Origin: an uncultured Victivallales bacterium
GTDB taxonomy: Bacteria; Verrucomicrobiota; Kiritimatiellia; UBA8416
Assembly: GCA_964609395.1 (NCBI GenBank)
Contig: CAZSRU010000007.1
Location: 47 to 64,046, forward strand
Direction of reading: 5' to 3'
DNA: 64,000 bases
Part shown: one piece after another, positions 10,004 to 21,700 of the stretch
Layout of the letters: each line of letters opens with the position of its first letter
Position numbering within the stretch: position 1 is the stretch's first letter
Made by a program: the position numbers and the translations under genes
Notes under the pieces: generated by a model
Database searches by the model: none
What the model was told of the DNA's origin: nothing
What the model saw: only the letters and a program-made list of their open reading frames with translations

Positions 10004-10514
10004 AAACGGCTTTGTTTTCAATATAACTCCATAATCTCTGCATGCAGGCTGCGCTTTCAGCCCGCATGACCAATGAGCCCTTAACCCTGCCCTGCAAATG
10101 GAGAGAAGAAAAGGGCGCGAACTACTGTCAAGCCCTGTGGAGGGACCGCGAAGCCCCTTGGAGGAACATGAAACAGGAGCCGCGCCCACGTGGGGCGCGT
10201 TCCCGCCAGTTCGTTCCTCCAATTGAAAATTCGCGGTTTTCCACAGGAACAATACTTGCGCTAACGCAAAATCTATAATGTCGCTTGTTTTTACTGTTCT
10301 ATATGCCTATGAAATTCTCCAATTCATACATCATTCCACCAATCCAACTGTTATCCACAGTAATCATCTACATTCGCGGTGGCAAGAAATTTTTGCCAAG
10401 TGCCTGATTTAAGCTTTCGAGATGCAACGTAATCCCCGAATTGCAGTTTGACCTGCCCGCCGCGCTCCGGCATGATAGGCGTGACCTTATAAACCAGCCG
10501 AGAGGATCACCATC

Positions 10515-11342
10515 ATGGACATGCCGCTCATGGAAACCGCGTTTGCCGCCGTCGCCAAGACGCTTGACATTGAACAGGCCGATACAGCCCTGATCCTCGG
10601 TTCCGGCTGGAGCGAGGCGGCCGACGCCTTCTCCCCCTCGTCCGAAATCCCCTACAGCGCGATTCCCGGTATGGGGACCACCGGCGTCGCCGGCCATGAA
10701 GGCCGCCTGCGCGTCGCCACCATCGGCAACCGCCGCCTGCTCATCTTCCAGGGACGCCACCACTGGTACGAGGGCCAAGGCTGGACGCCCGTCGGCCTGC
10801 CCGTCTTCATCGCCGCCCGCGCCGGCGTGCGAACCCTGTTGCTGACCAATGCCGCTGGCGGCATCAACCCGTCGTTCGCACCCGGCGACCTGATGCTGGT
10901 GACCGACCACATCAACGCCATCGGCACCAATCCCCTCGTCGGACCGCGCGACGCCCGCTGGGGCGAGCGCTTCCCCGACCAGAGCCACCTCTACGATCCG
11001 GGCCTGCTCGATCACCTGCGCCGGTCCGCCCGCGAGACCGGCATTGCCGTGCGCGAGGGCATCTACCTCGCCACCTCCGGCCCCTGCTACGAGACACCGG
11101 CGGAAGTCCGCGTCTTCCGCGGCATGGGGGCCGACGCCGTCGGCATGTCCACCGTGCCCGAAGCCATCCTCGCCGGGGCTGCCGGCATGCGCGTCGGGGC
11201 CATCTCCTGCATCACCAACCCGGCGGCCGGGGTCGATTCCGCCGCCACGCTCGCCCATGCCGACGTGCTCGACGCCGGACGCCGGGCCATGCCCGCCATG
11301 ACCACCCTGCTGCACCACGCGGTAACCCATGCAAACGCCTGA
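10515..11342 (+). CDS. punA: Purine nucleoside phosphorylase (PNP family I, PunA/XapA-like).
   Basis: ILGSGWS...GHEGRLRVATIGNRRLLIFQGRHHWYEGQG matches trimeric PNP motifs. SD gagagga is upstream. Confidence 0.85.
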   Translation: MDMPLMETAFAAVAKTLDIEQADTALILGSGWSEAADAFSPSSEIPYSAIPGMGTTGVAGHEGRLRVATIGNRRLLIFQGRHHWYEGQGWTPVGLPVFIAARAGVRTLLLTNAAGGINPSFAPGDLMLVTDHINAIGTNPLVGPRDARWGERFPDQSHLYDPGLLDHLRRSARETGIAVREGIYLATSGPCYETPAEVRVFRGMGADAVGMSTVPEAILAGAAGMRVGAISCITNPAAGVDSAATLAHADVLDAGRRAMPAMTTLLHHAVTHANA

Positions 11343-12675
11343 CCCCACACCCGCCACGCCGCCAGACGACCTGCGCCAGGGCGCGCTCGACGTCGCCCGC
11401 CGCCTGCGCGAGGCCGGCTACACCGCCTACTGGGCGGGGGGCTGCGTGCGCGACATGCTGCTCGGCCGCGAGCCGCGCGACTACGACATCGCTACTGACG
11501 CCGTCCCGGACGCCGTCCTCGCGTGCTTTCCCGGGGGCTGCACGGTCGGCAAGAACTTCGCCGTGGTGATTGTTCCCTGGAAGGGGCTGGCCTTCGAGGT
11601 CGCCACCTTCCGGCAGGATCACGGCACCGACGACGGACGCCACCCCGCCGCGATCTCGTTTGCCACCCCGCCGGAGGATGCCGCCCGGCGCGACTTCACC
11701 GTCAATGCCATGTTCCACGACCCCGTCGACGGCAGCGTGCATGACTATGTCGGCGGGCGCGCCGATCTCGCGGCCCGGCTGATCCGCTGCGTCGGCGATC
11801 CCGACCGTCGCTTCGGCGAGGATCACCTGCGCCTGCTGCGGGCCGTGCGCTTCGCCACCACGCTCGACTTCGCGATCGAGCCCGCCACGGCGGCCGCCAT
11901 CCTGCGCAACGCCCCCTCCATCGCGCGCATCAGCATCGAGCGCGTGCGCGACGAATTCACCCGCACCCTGCTCGAGGCCCGCCAGCCCGGCCAGGCCCTG
12001 CGCCTGCTCGACCAGCTCGGGTTGCTCGAGGTCTTCCTGCCGGAGGTCTCCGCCCTTAAATATCAGGAACAGCCGCCCGAATTCCACCCCGAGGGCGATG
12101 TCTTCACCCACACGGCCATGATGCTCGACGCCATGCAGGTGCGCTCTGCCGCCCTTGCCTACGCCGTGCTGCTCCACGACATCGCCAAGCCGGCCACCGC
12201 CTTCCACGACGGGCAGCGGCTGCGCTTTCACGGCCATGCCGAGCACGGGGCCCGCATGGCGGAGAAAATCCTGCGGCGGCTGCGCCTCCCCAACCGGGTC
12301 ATCGAGGAAGTCACCGCCTGCGTCGGGCGGCACATGCGGTTCATGGATGTGCGCAAAATGCGCCGATCCACCCTGCGCCAGCTTGTCGGTTCGCCAACCT
12401 TCGAGACCGAGCTGGAACTGCACCGGCTCGACTGCATTGCCTGCCACGGCCTGATGGAGAACCACGACTTCCTCTGCCAGGCCCGCGACGCCTTCGCCAG
12501 CGAGCCTGTGCTACCGAAGCCCTGGGTCAACGGCCGCGACCTCATCGCCCTGGGCGTCCCGCCCGGCCCCCGCATCGGCGCCCTGCTCAAAACCGCCTAC
12601 GAACTCCAACTCGAAGGCACCCACCCCGACCGCCAGGCCCTGCTCGCCCACATGCGAAACCACCTCGCGCCATAG
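11329..12675 (+). CDS. cca: CCA tRNA nucleotidyltransferase / poly(A) polymerase family protein with an HD domain. It overlaps the PNP gene by 14 nt.
   Basis: GYTAYWAGGCVRDMLLGREPRDYDIATDA is the polymerase-beta head motif. A downstream HD motif (LLHDIAKP...HGHAEHG) is present. Confidence 0.8.
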   Translation: MQTPDPTPATPPDDLRQGALDVARRLREAGYTAYWAGGCVRDMLLGREPRDYDIATDAVPDAVLACFPGGCTVGKNFAVVIVPWKGLAFEVATFRQDHGTDDGRHPAAISFATPPEDAARRDFTVNAMFHDPVDGSVHDYVGGRADLAARLIRCVGDPDRRFGEDHLRLLRAVRFATTLDFAIEPATAAAILRNAPSIARISIERVRDEFTRTLLEARQPGQALRLLDQLGLLEVFLPEVSALKYQEQPPEFHPEGDVFTHTAMMLDAMQVRSAALAYAVLLHDIAKPATAFHDGQRLRFHGHAEHGARMAEKILRRLRLPNRVIEEVTACVGRHMRFMDVRKMRRSTLRQLVGSPTFETELELHRLDCIACHGLMENHDFLCQARDAFASEPVLPKPWVNGRDLIALGVPPGPRIGALLKTAYELQLEGTHPDRQALLAHMRNHLAP

Positions 12676-12717
12676 CCGAGCGTCGGCTGGAGCGGGGATC
12701 ACCACCCTTAAAACAAA

Positions 12718-13058
12718 AGGGTCTTCCGCAGAATCTGTGGGTGGCTTCCCCTGTCCATGTATGACCGACGAAGCGGGTGGATTAAGCGTAACCAAGTAAG
12801 AGTGAGTTTAAGTGTGCGTTCAAGTGTGGGACTAAGTGTTCTGTTCCAACACTTCATCGCACACTTATTCCCAGACTTAATTACACCCTTAGTTGGTTAC
12901 GCTTAAACCACTGTCTTTATCGTTCCCGGCAGCCCACATAATCCTGATACAACATAATTCCGCCCATTCTACATTACAATTGCCACGATATCTACGCCAA
13001 CAGGCCTGATTGGCACCGCCCCGTGATTTTATCTACCCACAGATTCTGCGGAAGACCC
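12718..13058. mobile_element. MITE-like non-coding element (~340 bp). It has 25-bp perfect terminal inverted repeats (gggtcttccgcagaatctgtgggtg), a central ~135-bp imperfect palindrome, and a flanking direct repeat AAACAAAA(A)G that is consistent with a target-site duplication.
   Basis: Left TIR at 12718-12742. Right TIR at 13034-13058 is its exact reverse complement. Flank aaacaaaag is at 12711-12719 and aaacaaaaag at 13059-13068. Nested inverted repeats are gtggattaagcgtaaccaa/ttggttacgcttaaaccac and agtgtgcg/cgcacact. The interior is AT-richer than the flanks. Confidence 0.55.
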
Positions 13059-13097
13059 AAACAAAAAGCCGCCCTTCCCCTGCGGGAAGAGCGGCTC
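13059..13097 (-). terminator. Rho-independent terminator of glnN. The hairpin is agccgcccttccc-ctgc-gggaagagcggct, followed on the minus strand by TTTTTGTTT.
   Basis: The stem-loop lies 20 nt after the glnN stop. The U-tract on the transcribed strand is the complement of aaacaaaaa at 13059-13067. Confidence 0.55.
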
Positions 13098-13116
13098 AAT
13101 GGTCCGATCAGCCGTA

Positions 13117-15240
<2,124 letters not shown>

Positions 15241-15294
15241 GACTACTATTAACGCATTGACATTGCAACCCGCCGATTACTACGGAACACAATT

Positions 15295-15311
15295 AGCAGC
15301 ATATGTGCCAA
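15295..15311 (-). promoter_or_regulatory. Candidate sigma-54 (-24/-12) promoter for glnN: TTGGCACatatgCTGCT on the minus strand.
   Basis: GG and GC elements have the canonical TGGCAC-N5-TTGC spacing. It is ~55 nt upstream of the glnN ATG in a 255-bp AT-rich spacer. glnN is commonly NtrC/sigma-54 dependent (established knowledge). Confidence 0.35.
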
Positions 15312-15494
15312 CATGGGTCATAAAATCGCAAGTCAATCGAAAGCAACAACTTAAGCATTATCCGTATAAAGCAACATATCGTTATGTCTACAATTTTGTC
15401 ACATCATGCGGATCGATGATACATTTATGTCGACATCGCTTTGATGCGACAATAATCGTCAATCGCTATCGTCAGCCGATCAAGACGGATGCGT

Positions 15495-16616
15495 CTACAG
15501 CCGGCGGGCGAGGTCCTTGATACCGCGCGTGGACTGCTCGTCCTCGCTGGCGGTTGAGCGCGCGATGCTGAGCAGGACCGCGCTCATCACGATCGAGATC
15601 ACCAGGCTCGACCCGCCATAGCTGATGAAGGGCAACGGCAGGCCTTTCGTGGGGCCCAGCCCCGTCACCACCACCATGTTGATGGCCGCCTGCAGCGTGA
15701 TCATCATCGTCACGCCGAAACCAAGCAAACGCCCGAAGGCGTCCGGTGCCCGGTTGCTGATCGTCATCCCGCAGATGAAATAGCCGGCGAAAAGCAGCAG
15801 CACCAGCAGCGTCGCCACGAGCCCGAGTTCCTCGGCGACAATTGCCAGGATGAAATCGGTATGCGCCTCGGGCAGGTAGAAACGTTTCTGCATGCTGTTG
15901 CCCAGCCCCACGCCGAAGGCACCGCCGAGGTAGAAGGCGTCGAGCGACTGCATGAGATGGTAAGCCTGATCTGGATATTTTTCAGGCCAAAGAAATGCGA
16001 GCACGCGCCCAAGCCGCACCGGATCGTAGAAAATCATCACCACGAACGCGGCGACTCCCAGTACACCAAGTTCAAGTAAGTAAAGCACCCGCGTGCCGCC
16101 GGCAAACATGATCGCCATGCCAACCAGCACGGCGGTGAAGGTCGTGCCGAAATCCGGCTCCGCGATCACCAGCAGCGCAATGCCCCCCAGCCCGCCCATC
16201 GGGAAGATCAGCCCCTTGCTCAGCAAGTGACCGTATCGCCCGAACCTGGCCATATAGGCGGACATGCCGACGATCACCGCCAGCTTGGAAAGCTCGGAGG
16301 GCTGGAAACGCAGCGGTCCGACCTTGATCCATCGAAAGCTGCCATTGATTTCAAGACCTATGCCTGGAATGAAGACCAGAACCAGCAGGATAACGGTCAG
16401 CACCAGCAGCGGAATGCAATACCGCCTCCAGACGTGGTAATCCAGGCGCGTCACGAGTACGGCCAATGGCAGAGCCAGCACAAGCCAGATAATCTGGCGC
16501 TGCAGGTAGTAGTGAGGGGTCGCAGTCCGGGCGCTGCTGGTGCTGTAGAGCATGACTATGCCCAGCACCACCAGCACCATCACGATCATCGAAAGCAATG
16601 TGGCAGCCCGCCGCAT
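15495..16616 (-). CDS. ftsW: FtsW/RodA/SpoVE-family peptidoglycan glycosyltransferase (cell division protein FtsW).
   Basis: Polytopic membrane protein of 373 aa with FtsW-like blocks (GxxLxINGSxRWI, PSELxKLA, LPEAHTDFI, GLPLPFISYGGSS). It is in the dcw cluster. Confidence 0.85.
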   Translation of the reverse strand: MRRAATLLSMIVMVLVVLGIVMLYSTSSARTATPHYYLQRQIIWLVLALPLAVLVTRLDYHVWRRYCIPLLVLTVILLVLVFIPGIGLEINGSFRWIKVGPLRFQPSELSKLAVIVGMSAYMARFGRYGHLLSKGLIFPMGGLGGIALLVIAEPDFGTTFTAVLVGMAIMFAGGTRVLYLLELGVLGVAAFVVMIFYDPVRLGRVLAFLWPEKYPDQAYHLMQSLDAFYLGGAFGVGLGNSMQKRFYLPEAHTDFILAIVAEELGLVATLLVLLLFAGYFICGMTISNRAPDAFGRLLGFGVTMMITLQAAINMVVVTGLGPTKGLPLPFISYGGSSLVISIVMSAVLLSIARSTASEDEQSTRGIKDLARRL

Positions 16617-16622
16617 TACCTA

Positions 16623-17615
16623 TCAGTCAGCCGACGGGATCACCAGGACCCGCCCCGGCACCAGTGTGTCCGACGTCAGGTTGTTGGCTTTCCGCAGTTT
16701 TGAAATGCTGACGTTGTACTCGGACGCCACGGTCAGGATCGTATCCCCGACCTTGACCGAGTGCGTCGTCGTACGCGCACCGGCGGGCACCGGAGGCTGA
16801 TCGGGCGGCAGTGCGCGAAGGTCAGGCGAGGTGAGCATCGGCTCGACCGGGGCAACCATCATGGCAGCATCCGTGACAACCGGAGGAACCGCCACCGTCG
16901 GCTCGGTCAACGAAGGGACCGCCGGTGCCTTAGCCGTAGCAGTCGGCAGAACCAGCTTCTGTCCAACGACGATCTTGTCGTTCTTGAGGTTGTTCGTCTC
17001 TTTCAGCGCCTTCACCGTGGTGCTATTCCGCTGCGCGATCACCGAAAGGCTGTCGCCCGACTTGACCACGTAATCGCCAGCCGATCTGGAGGCGGGCACC
17101 GCCGGGGCCTGCACAGCGGGTGCCGAGGAGGCAGACGAGGATGCAGACGAGGCTTTTGTCGTTACCTGGCGCGGCTTCGAAAGATCGGCCGATGCCGGCA
17201 TCTTGAGTTTCTGCCCAAGACGGATGACGTTGGCGTTGCTGAGGTTGTTGAGCAGCATGATCTCGGCCTTGGAAACGCCGAAGCGCTGGGCGATCACGGA
17301 CAGTGAGTCCCCCTTGCCGACCACATAGGTCTTGGTCCCGTCTGTGACGACAGGACGCACCGTAGGAGGAGTGACCGGCCTGACAACCGGAACGGGTGTC
17401 GCGGCAGCGGCGGCATCCTTGATGCTCATCGGCCGATAGTGATCCCCCGCCTGCACGGGCGGCAGCACCTCGGATTCGGAAACCGCCGGCGGCATGGTAT
17501 GCTCCGTCGGCAGCGCGACAGGACCTCGCGTGGTCCCGCAACCCTGGATCAGCAAGGCTCCCCCGATCACAACAACATGCACACCCGCCACAACCGCAAT
17601 CAACACGACTCTCAT
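16623..17615 (-). CDS. Triple LysM-domain lipoprotein/secreted protein inserted between murD and ftsW. Start chosen at MRVVLIAVV with SD AGAGGAGAGG.
   Basis: Three LysM repeats (YVVGKGDSLSVIAQRFGVSKAEIMLLNNL; YVVKSGDSLSVIAQRNSTTVKALKETNNL; HSVKVGDTILTVASEYNVSISKLRKANNL). Signal peptide with LLIQGC. The stop is 6 nt before the ftsW ATG. Confidence 0.75.
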   Translation of the reverse strand: MRVVLIAVVAGVHVVVIGGALLIQGCGTTRGPVALPTEHTMPPAVSESEVLPPVQAGDHYRPMSIKDAAAAATPVPVVRPVTPPTVRPVVTDGTKTYVVGKGDSLSVIAQRFGVSKAEIMLLNNLSNANVIRLGQKLKMPASADLSKPRQVTTKASSASSSASSAPAVQAPAVPASRSAGDYVVKSGDSLSVIAQRNSTTVKALKETNNLKNDKIVVGQKLVLPTATAKAPAVPSLTEPTVAVPPVVTDAAMMVAPVEPMLTSPDLRALPPDQPPVPAGARTTTHSVKVGDTILTVASEYNVSISKLRKANNLTSDTLVPGRVLVIPSAD

Positions 17616-17631
17616 TTTACCTCTCCTCTTT

Positions 17632-18978
17632 CTACTGTTTCGCAATCCGACACACAAATTCCCTGAACTGGTCTCCGCGATCCGCATACGATCGGAACTG
17701 GTCAAAGCTGGCACACCCCGGTGAAAGCAGAACCATATCACCGGCTTTCGCATCTTTTCTAGCGGCCATCACCGCTGTTTCAAGATCCCCGCACTGCCGG
17801 CACGGAACACAATCCTGCCAGGCGGCGGCGAACGCCAGAGCTGCTTCTCCAATAAGATAGACAGATTCCACACGTTTTTTCAATACTTCTTTGACAAAAT
17901 CGAGGTCTTTTTCCTTCAACTGCCCGCCGACGATCAGCCGGACCGGAGCGGAGGTCATCTCCAGCGCTGCCTGCAAGGAGGTCAAATTGGTTGCCTTGGA
18001 GTCATTTACGTAGCGGACGCCAGCCACCGTGGCTACCGGCTGCATGCGGTGCGCCAGCGGTACGAATCCGGCAATGACAGCCTCGATCGTGGGGGCGTCA
18101 AGTCCGCAAAGCGTCGCGGCGGCAACCGCGGCGGCCGCCGCCAGCCCGGTCACCGGGTTGTCAAAACCGGTATCGAGCAGGGAGACGCGCACCTCGTCGC
18201 CACCGTCCGCAGGCAGGTAGCGCACCTCGTGCAAGGCCGCATCGAAGCGCGCCGCGCAGTCCTCTCCCGCGCCGAACTTGATCCATGACGGGCTGCAAGC
18301 ACCCGCCGCTTCACGCATCGCCTCGAAATCGGCTTCATAGACTAGGGCGGTATCGCCCGTGCGCATGGCACGGAACTGACGTGCCTTGAGCGCACCATAG
18401 CGGGCCATCGAGCCGTGCCGCCCCAGATGGTCCGGCTGCAGGTTAAGCATGATCCCGATTCGCGGGCGGAACTCGCGCACGAGCTCCAGTTGGAACGAGC
18501 TGACCTCGGCCACGACCCAGTCGAGCGCGTCACTCCGCCCCGCACTCTCGCAAAGGGGGATGCCGTAGTTGCCTGACGGCTCGCTGCGCAATCCACCGGC
18601 GGTCAACAGGTCTGCCAGCAGCTTGACCAAGGTACTCTTGCCATTGGTGCCGGTCACAGCCAGCACGGGGCAGCGGCAATGGTGCCAGCCAAGCTCCAGC
18701 TCCGAGATAACGTCCTTGCAACGCGCTACCATCTCCCTGACCCATGCCGACTGGCAGTCGATGCCCGGGCTGACCACGCACAAACCAAAGTCGCCGGGCG
18801 GCAGTTCGACTGCGTTCGCCACGAACCGGACCCCATCGGGAACCGCGACGGTCCCCGCCCCTCGGTCAACGACCGTCACACGCCATCCCATGCCGGCCAG
18901 CAGCCGCGCGGCCGCCGCGCCGCTGCGTCCCAGCCCCAGCACGAGGGCTTCTCTCACATTTTCTGATATCACGGTCAT
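17632..18978 (-). CDS. murD: UDP-N-acetylmuramoylalanine--D-glutamate ligase.
   Basis: N-terminal Rossmann fold (VLGLGRSG) and Mur ligase P-loop AVTGTNGKST. It is in the dcw cluster. Confidence 0.9.
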   Translation of the reverse strand: MTVISENVREALVLGLGRSGAAAARLLAGMGWRVTVVDRGAGTVAVPDGVRFVANAVELPPGDFGLCVVSPGIDCQSAWVREMVARCKDVISELELGWHHCRCPVLAVTGTNGKSTLVKLLADLLTAGGLRSEPSGNYGIPLCESAGRSDALDWVVAEVSSFQLELVREFRPRIGIMLNLQPDHLGRHGSMARYGALKARQFRAMRTGDTALVYEADFEAMREAAGACSPSWIKFGAGEDCAARFDAALHEVRYLPADGGDEVRVSLLDTGFDNPVTGLAAAAAVAAATLCGLDAPTIEAVIAGFVPLAHRMQPVATVAGVRYVNDSKATNLTSLQAALEMTSAPVRLIVGGQLKEKDLDFVKEVLKKRVESVYLIGEAALAFAAAWQDCVPCRQCGDLETAVMAARKDAKAGDMVLLSPGCASFDQFRSYADRGDQFREFVCRIAKQ

Positions 18979-18988
18979 TCCGGCAATC

Positions 18989-20095
18989 CTAGCGCAGCTT
19001 CAGTGTCAGCAATCCCAGCAAGGCGAACAGGATGGAAAGGATCCAGAAGCGGATCGTCACCTGTGTCTCGCTCCAGCCCAGCTTCTCGAAATGATGATGG
19101 ATCGGTGCCATCCGGAAAATCCGCTTGCCGGTCAGCTTGAAGGAGCCCACCTGCAGGATCACGCTCAGTGCCTCCATGACGAACACACCGCCCACCAGCA
19201 CGAGCACGACTTCCTGCTTGATCAGCACCGCCACAATGGCCACGCCGCCGCCCAGCGCCAGACTACCGGTATCGCCCATGAACACCTTTGCCGGATGGCA
19301 GTTCCACCAGAGGAACCCGAGGCTCGCCCCGGCCATGCTACCGCAGAACACGGCCAGCTCCCCCGCCCCGTCCACATACGGGATATACAGGTAGCTCGCG
19401 AAGATCGCGTGCCCCGCCAGATACGACATCACGAGGTACGACAGCGACACCGAGCTGGTGCACCCGATCGCCAGGCCGTCAAGCCCGTCGGTCAGGTTCA
19501 CGGCATTGGTGGCGCCGACCAGCACTACCAGTACCAGCAGGAACGCGACCACCAGCCCCATGTCGTCCACCAGCGGTGCCTTGTGGAAAGGCACCACCAG
19601 GTGCCGCAGCCGCTCGGCTGTGGCAGGCGTACTGGACAAGGCAACCAGTACCACCAGTGCCCACAGGATCTGCAACCCCATCTTGGCCCTGGCGCTCAGC
19701 CCGCCCGAGTGCCTGCGGCGCAGCTTGGTGTAATCGTCCAAGAACCCGACCGCCCCCATATAGCAGAGCGTCCCGACGGCAAGTTGCACGAACAGGTTCG
19801 ACGGCCGGGCCCACAGCAGGCAGGCCAGCGTCATCGCCACGATGATCAGCACCCCGCCCATCGTGGGTGTGTTCTGCTTGTGCTGGTGGTCGGGCGCATT
19901 GCCTGTACGCACCTGCTGGCCGATCCGGAACGTGCGCAGGTGACGGATCATCCACGGTCCGCACAGGACACAGAGCAGGAAAGCGGTACCGGCCGCACCC
20001 ACGGTGCGGACGGTGATGTACTGGAACACACGGAGCGGCGAATACAGCCCCTCCAGTAACGTTAAATAATACAACATCTGTAAGTCACTCCTCAC
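18989..20095 (-). CDS. mraY: Phospho-N-acetylmuramoyl-pentapeptide transferase.
   Basis: Polytopic membrane protein with MraY blocks (NAVNLTDGLDGLA, MGDTGSLALGG, HHHFE). Confidence 0.9.
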   Translation of the reverse strand: MRSDLQMLYYLTLLEGLYSPLRVFQYITVRTVGAAGTAFLLCVLCGPWMIRHLRTFRIGQQVRTGNAPDHQHKQNTPTMGGVLIIVAMTLACLLWARPSNLFVQLAVGTLCYMGAVGFLDDYTKLRRRHSGGLSARAKMGLQILWALVVLVALSSTPATAERLRHLVVPFHKAPLVDDMGLVVAFLLVLVVLVGATNAVNLTDGLDGLAIGCTSSVSLSYLVMSYLAGHAIFASYLYIPYVDGAGELAVFCGSMAGASLGFLWWNCHPAKVFMGDTGSLALGGGVAIVAVLIKQEVVLVLVGGVFVMEALSVILQVGSFKLTGKRIFRMAPIHHHFEKLGWSETQVTIRFWILSILFALLGLLTLKLR

Positions 20096-20304
20096 CCCAG
20101 AGCATCAGCGACGGCGGATCACCCGTGCCGACGCGCTCGATTTCCAACCGGAACTCCTGCGTCTTGTCCATCAATACCAGCCGCGGCGGCAACGCCGGGC
20201 TCACAGCGTCACGCCTAGCCCCCCCGCTCCGAGGTAACGCCTCGAGATGATCTGTCCGCCTTTGAACCGGAACCGCCATTGCGCTCATGCTGCCTCCTCG
20301 TTAT

Positions 20305-21684
20305 TTACCCGCCTAGTTCATCAATCACCTTTTCCAAAGCCACCCCCCGTGATGCCTTGAAAAGCACGGCATCACCCGGCTGAAGTTGTTCACGCAGCAC
20401 CATCGCGGCCGTATGGGTATCCGAGCAGCGCCAGATGTGCTGGGGATCCATGCCCTGGCGGCGCGCCCCGTCGGCGATGCCTGCGGCCCGCGGCCCCACC
20501 GTCAGCAGCCCCGCCCAGTCGCCAGCGGCGGCCGTCTCGCTTCCAAGCGTTTCATGCGCGGCCTGTTCGGTCCCGCCGATCTCCAGCATGTCGCCCAGCA
20601 CCAGCCAGCGCCGGCCGCTGCAGCCCAGTCCGGCAAAGGTCTTCAGTGCCGCCCGCATACTGGCCGGGTTGGCGTTGTACGCATCATTGATCAGCAGGCA
20701 CCCGCCGGCATGGACCTCCTGCCAGCGCATCGGCAACGGCTGGTAGCGGTCCAGTCCCTGCGTGATCAGGTCCCAGGACATCCCGGCCTCGCGACCGACC
20801 AGGATCGCGAACCCGGCATTGAGCGCATTGTGCCGGCCCGCCCAGGGCCACGGAAACACATGCGACCCGCCACCGGACCGCTCGGTCGCCAGCAGCCGCT
20901 TGCCCGCCTCATCGTGCTGGAGCACGAGATCGGCATCACCCTCCAGCGAGACCGTCCGCAGCGGGCAGGGGACCATCGCGCGCAACAGCGGGAACCAGCG
21001 GTCGTCGCGGCACAGGAAGGCCCTCCCGTCGGGTGGCAACGAGCGCAGCAGCTCGCCCTTTTCCCTGGCAATCCCTTCCTCCGATTCAAAATGCTCGAGA
21101 TGCACGGGCCCGATCATGGTCACCACGCCCCAGTCGGGTTTCAGTACTGCACTCAGGCGGCGGATCTCGCCGGGATGGTTCATGCCCGCCTCGAAGACGC
21201 CATAGCGCGCCTGCGGCGACATCGCCAGCAGGCTCAACGGCAGGCCGATCTCGTTGTTCCAGTTTCCGCAGGTCCTGGCCGTCTCGCCTGTCGCCGACAA
21301 CACCGAGGCGGTCATTTCCTTGACCGTCGATTTCCCGACGCTGCCGGTGACCCCGACCACCAGCGGGGCGATTTCTTGCCGATACGCCGCGCCCAGAGCC
21401 GACAAGGCCGCCTGGGTGTTGTCCACCACCAGCAGCGGCAGCCCATCCGAGCCGGCCGGGCTCCCGGCGGATTCCTCGATCATGGCGGCAGCCGCCCCGG
21501 CCTCGAATGCATTCGCGACAAAGGCGTGCCCGTCGAACCGCTCGCCCCGCAACGCCACATAAAGCGCATCCTGGACCCGCCGTCGCGAATCGTTCACCAC
21601 GGCGGCAACCGGTCGCTCCGGCAGGCGCGTCCACTGCCCCCCCGTCACCGTTGCCAGCCATGCGGCATCATAACCCGACATCAT
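20305..21684 (-). CDS. murF: UDP-N-acetylmuramoyl-tripeptide--D-alanyl-D-alanine ligase. Start chosen at MMSGYD with SD GGAGAAAGAGG; the ORF-track extension is spurious.
   Basis: Mur ligase P-loop VGVTGSVGKST and C-terminal domain. Position is between murE and mraY. Confidence 0.85.
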   Translation of the reverse strand: MMSGYDAAWLATVTGGQWTRLPERPVAAVVNDSRRRVQDALYVALRGERFDGHAFVANAFEAGAAAAMIEESAGSPAGSDGLPLLVVDNTQAALSALGAAYRQEIAPLVVGVTGSVGKSTVKEMTASVLSATGETARTCGNWNNEIGLPLSLLAMSPQARYGVFEAGMNHPGEIRRLSAVLKPDWGVVTMIGPVHLEHFESEEGIAREKGELLRSLPPDGRAFLCRDDRWFPLLRAMVPCPLRTVSLEGDADLVLQHDEAGKRLLATERSGGGSHVFPWPWAGRHNALNAGFAILVGREAGMSWDLITQGLDRYQPLPMRWQEVHAGGCLLINDAYNANPASMRAALKTFAGLGCSGRRWLVLGDMLEIGGTEQAAHETLGSETAAAGDWAGLLTVGPRAAGIADGARRQGMDPQHIWRCSDTHTAAMVLREQLQPGDAVLFKASRGVALEKVIDELGG

Positions 21685-21700
21685 CGCCTCTTTCTCCTGA

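Noticed and set aside
10368-11357. 329-aa minus-strand ORF antisense to the PNP gene. Similar long antisense ORFs are at 14056-15252, 27050-28402, 28435-29928, 21782-22783, 43539-44540 and 45006-45815, among others.
   Set aside because: Gly/Arg/Ala-rich low-complexity translations typical of open antisense frames in high-GC DNA. The sense strand carries well-supported genes.
20085-20288. 67-aa ORF in the 210-bp gap between murF and mraY.
   Set aside because: No SD, a Pro/Arg/Ala-rich translation, and no motif. It is probably just the intergenic region, but a small protein cannot be excluded.
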